From Balanoglossus misakiensis (Eukaryota > Animalia > Hemichordata): DNA of 64,000 bases. The stretch lies in the NCBI GenBank assembly GCA_040954595.2, contig CM082578.2, positions 4,570,831-4,634,830 on the forward strand, written 5' to 3'. This document shows, piece after piece, positions 37,901 to 49,900 of this stretch. Within the stretch, counting starts at the first letter, position 1. Each line of letters starts with the position of its first letter. The position numbers and the translations under genes are program-made. The notes beneath the pieces were generated by a model. That model was given only the letters and a program-made list of their open reading frames with translations. It was not told the origin of the DNA and made no database searches.

Positions 37901-40900
37901 AGAGTCGCACATTTAAGTACACCAACACGACTGTAAATGAAGACTTGATGGCTAATGTAACATGGAAGTACAGCTCCCAATTATTTGTGTCTAAATCATG
38001 CCATTACACACATAAAAGTCCAACCTCACCAGACATACAGCTAATGGTCACAATGTGCAAATCTCCCAACAGAAATGTTGACGATTTTATAACGAGTTGT
38101 ACAGGAGTGATTTTGAGATTTTCTGAAGGCAATTTCCGTGTAAGCGACGACGTTCTTTCAGTTGAATCATCGGTATATCCAAAGGAAAAGTTTGTTCTAT
38201 CAAAAGACCGTTCCCAAGCCTTCGTATGTCAGTCCAAGAAAAGAATGACCACGTTTTGGAACAAGAAGTCAAAAACAAAACTGAAACAGCTATTAACGCT
38301 TGTTGGCTGTATTCTGTCCATAGTCTGTCTTTTTGTCACAACCATCACAATCTCTCTTTTCAAACAGATGAGAACACGTCCAGGAAAGATTATACTAAAC
38401 TTGGCCATAGCTCTTTTGATCGCACAGCTGTTGTTTATCACGGTCTTAGACTGGACAGCGATTGCATGGCTGTGCAAAACAGCTGCTATTGTTTCGCACT
38501 ACATTTGGCTGGCAGCATTCTCTTGGATGAGTGTTATGGCCTTTGACATCGTGTACATGCGCACACAACTGACCTGGGCCGATTTGGGGAATAACAACAT
38601 ATTTGTGTACTACTGTCTGTATGCCTGGTTGCTACCATTCGTTTTCGTTGGAGTCTGTGTAGTGATCGATCATACTGCTCCGTATGGTTTCCGAGTTGGT
38701 TACAGTGAGGGTCCTGTATGTTGGATCGGTCGGCTGACGCCTTTGATTGTCACATTCCTCGGCCCTGTTGGCCTCATTGTTCTTTTCAATGTCGTTTGCT
38801 TAATATACACTGTGTTCTCCTTGTTAGCGTCGGAAAGAGAAATGAAAAAGCATAGACAGACATCGTACACGGCTCAACATGTAATCTTTTCTATCAAGAT
38901 GTCTACCGTTATGGGGTTGACATGGATTATTGGTTTTGTGGACGGCTTCTTTCAGACCGATGTTTTGGATTACATTTTCATCCTTGCCAATACCTTGCAG
39001 GGCGTTTTCATTTTCGGGGCGTTTCTGCTTCGCATGCGAACAGTCGGCCTGTATCGTGGGCTTTGTTGTAACACTGAAGGAGACTCTAACACTGCGCGTA
39101 CTGGCTAAGGTGCACGTGGGAATGCTAACTGTCATATCGGATTTTGCTAATTGTAACGCCCACTCTTTTGCCTCTCATCAATCCATTGTAGGCTAATTCG
39201 AGTATGGTCCATATTAGCTAATAATAAATCAAAGCGACCATTTCTGGCATCGATTATTTTTTGTGTCGTGTTTGATGAACTGTGAGCGGTCATCACATAT
39301 GGCTGCACGTGAATTCTACCCTATGCGTGTATGTCCATTGGCGGATAATGCGCCCCCCCCCCCGAAAAAAAATGTGTTTTATGTCATTGATGAAACGTTC
39401 AATAATCTTTAGAAAGTCACAAATGAAACTGCTCCAATGTTTATGTAACAAAAAGAAAGTAAAGCAATTGTCGCCTTTATTCTATTACTGTAATGTATTT
39501 TTACGTTGTAAAATATCTTATTTGGTTGAACCTGAATTTTAGCTAAAAGATGTATAAATAATATTCTTTTTCAATGTAATCAACAAGACGTATAACCCTA
39601 CATGGAACAAACAAGAAATACTTGATGACAAAAGCTTTATGAATTCATTAGTGGAAAATCTTAAATATTGTTGTATTGTAATTGGTTTAGCGAAATTTGT
39701 ACAACTGGTAAATTTTCATATGCATGTAACAGATTTAAAATATCACGTGTACCAGAAAACTACCTCTCGCGGTTGTTAAAGTTCATAAGCATGCATGTGA
39801 AAACATTGGCAGGATTAAGTAGTCTGGTCCCCTGCCCAATAGCGCAGCAAGCGGTGGGAATGGGGCAGGGGACCAGACTAACGATTAAGGTGCTCATTTC
39901 ATTATTTAAAAATAGAAACTGATAGAACGTTTAACATCAACAGAATGGACAGACTTTGCGTATTACGTTAGCGAAATGAGTTCGAAAATAGTATCACTTT
40001 GTTTAAATTTTCAATGTTTTAATGGTTTAAGAAAAACATGTGTTCATTTGACATCACACTTTGAATTTCACATTTCATGTTACACAGAACAGATATTGAA
40101 ATGTAAACTAATGTAAGGTCTGACATTAAAAACATTTTCACCTGTCATTTAATAATAATAATTATATCCGAGTTTGTATATTGGGCCGATGACCTGAAAA
40201 TTCGCATTATAAAATACTCGACTTGCAACAACTTGATATAGCATTTAATGTCAAACATTGTGTTTATGAGAACGTTTGTTTTAGTTCCAATTTGTGGTTG
40301 ACCAATGAACTCACCTGTATGAAATGATTGGATTAGATTGTATTCTCTTTTGTCTGTAAGAGTTCATTTGATTCGTTTACTATATCCACGCACCAGATTG
40401 GGACTGTAATCCGTTTCTTTCTGTAAAGTGTTATCTGATTGGTTGATTTTTGCTCTCTTGAACATGAAAGGATTAGATTGTAATCTATTCTCCGTGAGAT
40501 AGTTGGTCAGATTAGTCTATATTTAAGCAATAAAACACCCCCAGCCATGGTATACCACGAGATTTTGACCAGTTCACGACATATACGCACAAGCGATAGC
40601 GAGTGCGTATATGGAGTTGAACTGGTCAAAATCGAGTGGTATACCATGGCTGGGGGGTGTTTTATTGCTATTATATTATGCCAGTATATTGAAACTTTGC
40701 ATAAAACATGTTGAAAAGGCATTTTCTTTGACTATGATATATGACTGTGGTATGTGACGAATATATCACAGTCACGTGTCGTGTCTCGACCAATAAAATA
40801 GCGTGATTTACACCATCAATATACTGGTATAATATAATAGACTATATTCACCTGTGCATTAAATGATTATTTATTGTAAAAGTGTTGTCAATAAATAAAA

Positions 40901-43900
40901 GTGTAACAAATGAAGCGAGCGCGTGAAGTATTTTATCATTATTATAATGCTGAAATAGCTGCTTCGTCTTCTTCTTCATAAACTAGCCACCCGTCAATCA
41001 AGGGTATGAAGATTTTGCTTGGTGTGCGCAACTGAATTTCTAAATAGACGCAGAAAGTGGTTCATTCCAAGACAGTTGCCACTTTGACTCTGAAAAAGAG
41101 TTTCTGCTGTCACAATGCGGGTAAATTATTCTGGTATTTGATAGTTCGAGGGGAGGGTGATGTGTTTCTGTATTCTGTCTTCGTGATGGCAACCTGATAG
41201 GATTTACAATGCATATGTATTGTATATATTTGTTTGGACATTTAAAAAAAAATCTTTAGCTACAAAGCCAATCCATATGACAGCGCCACCAAACAGTGCA
41301 ACCTCTGCTTAACAGATAAATTTATTATCAATCTCAACCCAGAACTTCCACATTTAATAAAAGAAACGAACTTGTGTCCTCATGTCGACACAGGCACAAA
41401 GCATTGTTACGCAAGAAACTCCCCACACAACACAAACATATCACCAGCTACACATTGTCATGCAAAAATGCCCACCCCAACCAACATTCCACCACCTGTG
41501 TACCTGCATATAACCACGTCTCCCCCTTGTGTTTGCGCCAGTTTAGTCTCCTGATGAGTGAGTCCAATGACCCACGAAATCAGAAGACTACTGGCGAAAT
41601 CTCAAGGGGGAGAGGTGGTTATATACAGGTACACAGTCCTGGTGTCCTGGTGGATGACGGAATTTTAGAGGCAGCCTTCGTAGAAACAGTACGCAGCTAT
41701 CGTGGTATGCGTCGTCAAGGGATGAAAAACTTATGCAGATGCAAGTGATATGGCTTAATGGTAAGGATTTTACAGGATAGGGAACATCTTTGAAGTTTTT
41801 TCACTGTGGAAAAATATGTGAAATTTTGCAGATGTAGGGGCTTTAACTGAAAGCTTCTTCTCGCTTCCACTTGAATTCACTGTACTTAGACAGGCGGTGC
41901 ATTTTGGCATCACTTGGTTGATTACTCTTACAATGGGGATTACAGCTCTTCTAGAGAAGGACAAATGCCCTCGGCTTTGAATCATGTGACCTTCTGTACC
42001 ATGTTTTATCTCTCAGTCACAAGCAGATTCAAAGCCTTTGGTAAATCATACTCATTTATTTCATATTTTTTTTCTATTCCGGAAGATGTAAACGTTTACA
42101 GCGGTCCAAAAGAGATACATTTATATGAACAGATCCAAATTCAGTATACTGAATGCTAGCCTAAATACAAATTGTACCTGATTGTGGCATGGCAGTATGA
42201 ATGCAAACTTCTCCAAGTTACAATTATCCATAATTACAAGAGATCAATTCTACTATGCACGGAAAAACCTTGAGGAAAAAATGCCGCCTCAACTCCAACT
42301 CCAACTTTACATGTGTGTTTCGTAATGTATGTGCAGTGTGGAGGGGTTATTACAGCTATTGGGGATTTGCGTGCACATGGTAAGCTAACGCGAAAGTGTC
42401 AAGCTTTTAATTATCGATCTGAAGATAGTTACTATATAGCCGCTACACGTTGGTATAGCAAAAACTGGGTCACAATGCGTTACATGGTATACTACTGCCC
42501 GTCCGTGTATTGAGTGCTGACCTCCCTGGCTTTTGAGCGAACCACTCTCTACGAGCCACAGCAGCAACGCGTCTGTATGGTAGCGATATTGGCTTCATGA
42601 TAATATTCAACACGTTTACTCACAAATCTCCTCTTTCCGAAATGATTGAAGATATTTCTTTTTCAGAGCTCATTATATTTTCGCAATGCAATCACTTCCC
42701 TCCCACACTTTGAAAAGAGATGAGGGTCGAAACATCCCAGACTCATTTCGTGGTTGTTGTTTTTCTAATTACATGTACCGGACAAAACAAGACTAGGCTA
42801 TTTCATCATATTTTAGCTCTGTTCAGAAACACATTTTTAAAACAATGCCACTATTACAACTGAAAAATAAGGCTGCCATATCACACCCCCTCCTCTCCAC
42901 TCCCTTCTTTCCCCTCCCCTCCCCGCCGCACACTACCCCTTATTTTATCACTCCGACACAAACAAATACAAGCTATTTGGAAGTCGACATCATACAACTA
43001 AATCAACAGTGTGTGATCAGTCATAGACTCTCCATAGAAAGCGGAGAATACGCGCCGCCAAGCACAGCGTCGCGCCTCTGGAGGACGCTCTCTTGTTCCG
43101 GCTGGACAGGGAAGAACGCGAATCGCAGGGTCTCAGCTGCCAGATCAGATCTGACATTGCATTTGAGCATCACCTTTAGGTGTGATCTCGTGTCACAAAA
43201 GGCAAAACTTGTTCGTGTAGTCATGGCAATTGCATTCAACGCTGTTTTGATAAGTAACTTATCAAAATAAACCGGATATTTTGATCGTTATTCTTGGCTT
43301 CCAGAGAAGGACTTCACTGGAAATGACCATATCACTCTAAAGTTTTTGACGCTTGGGACGCGTCCAATGCGTTCAGTCTGAACGCATTGGACGTTCAGTC
43401 TGAACGTATTCGACGCGTTACATGTGTTCAGTTATTGAACTCATGTGTTCAGAAATATCATTGATGTGTTCAACCGTTTACCGCTACCATTCTACCACCA
43501 ATTTTACGTCTGTTTTTATTCAGACAACATTAATTTGTATGTCAAACATGTCAATATTTCTTTTAACATGTTTTTATCTCCAACAGTCCCCTTCTCAAAC
43601 CAACCACACAGAAAAACACATTTTGTTTGACCCATATAATATACGTATGTGTATGAGTGAACACAATAATGCAATCAAATGTATGTTTTGGCCTTTCCGA
43701 ATGTTTTCATGCACATTGCTTTAGAGAAAAATGCCGTAAATGTCTTTGATCTTTTTACTTTAACATAAAAAGTCAGGCTAAAACACTTATCGAACAGTGG
43801 CGTTCAATTTGTGAATGCTAGTGTTCTAACATGACACAAAACAGAACACTAGCGTTGCCCATTTCCAAAGGGTTTATGGGTAATCCAGATGGCGGGCATG

Positions 43901-46900
43901 CGCACATCAGATGCAAGTTGGGCGCCTTTTCTGTCTGACGATATTTCGGTGCTGCGGTTTCCAGATTACTGGACTGTCGCATTTGTAGCGTTTTGTTCCA
44001 CTTTTGACATCAAACTGGCCTCACGCCTGTGGACTGCTGCCGTAAGTATTGTCGTGGCAGAATTTCATATTGGCACCGCGGAGGTCCACGAGTGGTACGT
44101 TTCATCCTTCAAGATGCAATTGTACTTTTTCTCATAGAAACGATCATTTTTTCTGTAGCTTTCAATTTCATTTGTCCTCAAATTGTATTTGTCATTAAGT
44201 TGATTAAAATGTTAACATTCATTCATGTAAATGTGTGTATGTGTCCAATTTTGTAATGTCTAATGTTGTCTGGTTTATAGAACACATGCATTCTATTAGC
44301 TTGGTTTGAACACTTAGGTTGTGTTCAAAAAGTGTTACATTGGCTTGACGCGTAACTAGTGTTCTATTTCATGAAAGTTTAGAACATATGTAATGCGTTC
44401 AAAACTGAAGACACTATGTGTTCAATATCTGAACACATGCGTTCTAGTTTTCGTACTGAACACTTGTACTGCTTTCAAAAAGTGTTACAATTATGTGTTC
44501 TAATATGTGTTCAATCGTTGAACACTTCACTTTAGATATGTTTGCTAAATGTATGAAAATGGGCTAGACAACAAGAATGTGATTACATTTTTCAAATTTC
44601 TCGCAGTTACAAATACACAATGTGTCATTTCAGGTAAATCATATTAGACAAAAGTAAAATACTGTATCGCACGGTTGTAGTTGTTACTATCTGATGTGTG
44701 ATTAGGCCTCGACAGACGCCATATAATGCAAGAACATTTACTGAGCATTATTCAATCATTTGGCTTCGTGATCAATTCTCGAACATGTGTACTCATTAAT
44801 TCTTCGCTTACCGATGTTTCCAGATATTCCTATTTTCAGAGCTCATTATTTTTTTCGCCATGCAACCACTTCCCTCCCACACTTTGAAAGAGTTGATGGT
44901 CGAAACAAACCTCAGTCTCATTCCATTAGTATTTTTTTCTAATCACCAGACAAAACAGTCTGAAACTATTGCACCACGTTCAGCTCCCCTCCCCTCCCGT
45001 ACCCCCACCCTACCCTCCCCTCCTAAGTTGCTAATCATTCCCGAATCTCAAATTGATTGTTTTCTTATTCTGCACACTACGATTCAATTCTACAAATACA
45101 GGCACACATGTGGCCCCTTAGTACAGCTAAGTTGAGAAAGAAACAAATTTCACGGAAGTTAAGGCGCTTGTAATAATCGTGATTTTGGGGCAATGAGTCA
45201 TTTTAGGCGAAGAATCATCGGCGGTGTAAATTTTGTATGAAAATTGTGGAATTTATATTTCACATTTGATAAAACACTTGAACTACTGCTTGCAAAAGAA
45301 TAAGATATTTCACTTTAGCATGTGATTCTCTTTGGCTCCCGATGGACATCTTTCTTAAAATTTTGTCTGAAAATAGATAAGAAATCACGTGACAATGTGG
45401 GCAGTAGTCATTTCCCATCCTCATTTGCATAACATAGAGATTGTATTCACCGTTCTAAATTTAGGTCTATGTGTGGAAAAAGACAATTAAAATTCTGTTG
45501 AATCAGCTACAGCAAACTTGCATAAAGTGCAATAATGATTGAAGATATTTCTTTTTTTAGAGCGCATTAATTTTTTCGCTGTGCAATCACTTCCCTCCCA
45601 CACTTTGAAAAGAGATGAGGGTCGAAACATCCCAGACTCATTTCATGTTTTTTTCTTCTAATTACCGGTACATGTACCGGACAAAATAAGACTAGGGTAT
45701 TGCATCATATTTCAGCTCTGTTCAGAAACACATTTTTAAAACAATGCCACTATTATAACTGAAAAATAAGGTTGTCATATCATACCCCTACCCTCCTCTC
45801 CACTCCCTTCTTTCCCCTCCCCTCCCCGCCGCACACTACCCCCTATTTTATCACCCCGACACAAACAAATACAAGCCATTTGGAAGTCGACATCATACAA
45901 CTAAATCAACAGTGTGTGATCAGTCATAGACTCTCCATAGAAAGCTGAGAATACGCGCCGCCGCGTGTTCCGGCTGGACAGGGAAGAACGCGAATGGCAG
46001 GGTCTCTGCTGCCAGACTAGGTCTGACATTGCATTGGAGCATCACCTTTAGGTGTGATCTCGTGTCACAAAAGGCAAAACTGTTGTTCGGGTATATATAG
46101 TCTGGTAATTGCATTCGACGCTGTTTTGATAAGTAACTTATCAAAAAACCTAGGATATTTTGATCGTTATTCTTGGCTTCCAGAGAAAGACTCCACCAGT
46201 ACTACTGGAAATGACCATACGTTTGCTAAATGTATGAAAATGGACTAGACTATAAGAATGAGATTACATTTTTCACATTTCTCGCAGTTACAAATACACC
46301 ATGTGTCATTTCATGGACAATCATATTATACAAAAGTGAAATACTGTATCGTTGTAGTTGTTATTATCTGATGTGTGATTAGGCCTCGACAGACGCCATA
46401 ATGCTAGAACATTTACTGAGCATTATTCAATATGGCCGGCAATCATTTAGCTTCGTGATGAATTCTCGAACATGTGTACTCATTAATTCTTCGCTTACCG
46501 ATGTTTCCAGATATTCCTATTTTCAGAGCTCATTAATTTTTTTCGCCATGCAACCACTTCCCTCCCACACTTTGAAAGAGTTGATGGTCGAAAGTCTCAT
46601 TCCATTAGGTTTTTTTCTAATCACCAGACAAAACAGTCTGAAACTATTGCACCACGTTCAGCTCCCCTCCCCTCCCGCACCCCCACCCCACCCTCCCCTC
46701 CTACGTTGCTAATGATTCCCGAATCTCAAATTGATTGAGTTTTCTTATTCTGCACACTACGATTCAATTCTACAAAAACAGGTATACCTCTGGCCCCCTT
46801 AGTACAGCTAAGTTGAGAAAGAAACAAATTTCAGAGAAGTTAAAGGCGCTTGTCATAATCGTGATTTGGGGGCAATGAGTCATTTTAGGTGAAGAATCAT

Positions 46901-49900
46901 CGGCGGTGTGAATTTTGTATAAAAATTGTGGAATTTATATTTCACATTTGATAAAACACTTTAACACTGCTTGCAAAAGAATAAGATATTTTAATTTAGC
47001 ATGTGATTCTCTATGGCTCCCGATGGACATCTTTCTTAAAATTTTGTCTGAAAATAGATACGAAATCACGTGACAATGTGGGCAGTAGTCATTTCCCATT
47101 CTCATTTGCATAACATAGAGATTGAATTCACCGTTCTAAATTTAGGTACATGTGTAGAAAAAAACAATTAAAATTCTGTTGAATCAGCAACAGAAAACTT
47201 GCATAAAAGGCGACCGGTGAACGCAACATTTACAGTCATTCACTGGTTGCTCTTCCTGAGATCATCAATCCAGCGAAAACGAAGAACGATGGCTATTGTG
47301 TTGAAAGCTGTGGTCCTGATTGCTGTTGCAGTCTGCCAGGTAAGTTGAACGTTTCTGTTCTTTTCCCCACCAGACGCTCACTTCCACTTGATATGTTATT
47401 AAGTTTTGTCTAGCCCAGTTTGGTGTGACTTGCTGAGGGTCTAGATTTACGCTTTATTTCTCTTTCCCAGTTGTGTACACTAGATGGCGCTGCGGTATCC
47501 GACAATCTTATGAAGAGATACAAATGTATACTACGAGCACCGTGCATAGTAAGTATACAAAAAGTCTACTGAATATAACATGTAAAAGTGTTCTGTGTTT
47601 TGATAAAAATTATATGGAAAATAGTAAAATAACAATGCCGATAATTCTAAAATGTTCTTCAAGAGCACGATAAATTTTCAAGCTGTACGATGTCTCCTAT
47701 GCAGTACTGTCATACGGTAACTGTGGTGTCTATAACAATGCCGATAATTCTAAAATGTTCTTCATGAGTACTATTTACCATGGTAAAGATGTCTTTGTGG
47801 ATAAATAAAATCGCTAATTGTACGTGGTTGTACTATATAGAAAGTTAAATGACAAAAATCGTTATGTTCATGACAGCGTTTAGATGAACAAAAAACATCT
47901 AACGCACGTTGAGAATGAAGTAATTCAATGACCGGGGTGCGATTCCACAACGCAACAGAACAACGCTGACGAAAAACGGTTTAATATCTGGAATGAATAA
48001 TGTGTTGTCAAATCTGTCCGCGAAATTTTGCTCTCGTGTTATGACTTAGCAAAGTTTAAACTCCCTCTCTCTCTCTCTCTCTCTCCCCTCTCTCTCCAGC
48101 TGCCGGCAAAACACTCTACACGTGCGATAAAGATACAGAGATTAGAGTGAATGTAAACGTTCCTGACATGAGTGCGATGACTGCGTGTATTTGGCAGAAA
48201 ACAAACTCGGCGGAGCAACCAGAGTCAACCTTGTATTCCTACTGCGGCAGTGGAGCCGAATGGTGCAATGACATCTTTCTTCGACACGACCAAAATGGCA
48301 GATCATTGAAATTACATATCATGTCAGACGAGAGGTATTCAAGCGTCTATATGAACCTGGCTGATTCGAATTGGCACCACGTGTGTGCCTCGTGGTCTAG
48401 CTACAATGGAGTGTATAGAATAAGTGTTGATGGTGCCATAGCCGGAGAAGGCACTGGTCTGGCGACAGGTAAGACCATTCCAGGAGGGGGGTGTCTCTTC
48501 TTGGGACAGGATCAAGATGTCCAGGGTGTTCTCTCCCAGAAAGATTACCAAGCATTTGTCGGAAAACTCACCAGATTTCATCTGTTCCAAAGCGCACTCA
48601 GCCATGACACGATGTTATATATATGTCAAAACTGTGGTAGAGCTTATCAAAGAGAAGGTGATGTTTTTTCGTGGGTTGACAGCGGCAGCTGCGTGACCAT
48701 AAGCGACAATGTGAGCGTACTCGGTGGAGACTGCGGTAAGATTGTTTTAAAGAATTGTTTGAAGAAGGAAATTTTTAAGTTAAGCTAAACTTTACCGTCT
48801 TTGCTTGAATATGACAAATAACAACGCTGTATGACACTTTAGGTTGTTTTTAACACTTTGAATGACACAGGATAGTCATTTAAATTCTATATATAATATG
48901 CGAGTAGTGTAGCACCCATACATGCATTGGACACTTCGCACAGTTTTGTCACTAATTATTGTATATCTTTCAGATGCTGCAATGCCTACATGTGGTTAGA
49001 TTGACGCCATGTGAAGACAACGATGAACCGCTGTTGCTTAAAAAAATTGGAACTATTGGTAGTGGGTTATGTTAGATATTTGTGAATTTCAGCGCTGACA
49101 TGTAACGGTCAGGTCGCATCTCGGAACTGATCAAACAAGCATGCTATGATAATAAAATATGCAGCATAATTTAATCCGTCTCGCTGTCCGTCTTTGGTTT
49201 CTGGGTATTTCTTCAAGTTTGGACAGAGAGAAAAGAGATAGTGGTTTGAAGTAGCCAGTATGACCACTGACGCACAAGCCCTTTGCTCTCCACATTCAAG
49301 GGACAATGTTAGCAAAATATGTTGAGAAAGACAAAAAGCGGGGTTCTTATTGAAAAGTTGTTCAGAATGACAAATAGTACGGTTGCTTTGTTCGTAAATG
49401 GAACGTCACTGGTGTTTTGGTATGCCCAGCCTGTTCAGGTGGTCTGAACATTGATACGCTATGGCGCGAATCTCTACAATGACATTACCTCTGTCAAATT
49501 CTCCAAACTCTGTTAGACGGACCTCTCTACCTTTGATATCTCTAAAACTCACAATCATGGCTTTCTTTACTCGGTATTCAAAAGATTCACACGGCTGTCA
49601 TAAAAAAACTGATAGGTCGCGTTCTTCACTCTACATGTGTGCGGCTTGCAGAAGGTCTGCACTGATGGGCCTTGGTTTGTTTGTATGTTATCTTCCCTGA
49701 TGTGACACAGTAGATGGGTTTGATGCAGCAAGAAGCGCTTGCAGACTACGCCCCTTTTCACGACGCGTGTATCTCACTGCATTTCCCGCCACCACAACGT
49801 GGCAGGTGAGAACGTGGTATTCAAATCAGACCGTGACAGAAACATTACATGCAATATACGCTATCAGATCTTGGATCAGGAAGGCAGCGGCTTGATCATT

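Larger units (their letters stand above)
34305..41062 (+). repeat. Arm B of the inverted segmental duplication, inside WASP intron 4
   Basis: Reverse-complement match to 10217-19985. Confidence 0.9.

Noticed and set aside
35370-48999. Pentraxin exon as part of the GPCR (as in pentraxin-containing adhesion GPCRs)
   Set aside because: It lies downstream of the GPCR stop codon and has its own signal-peptide exon and terminal exon.
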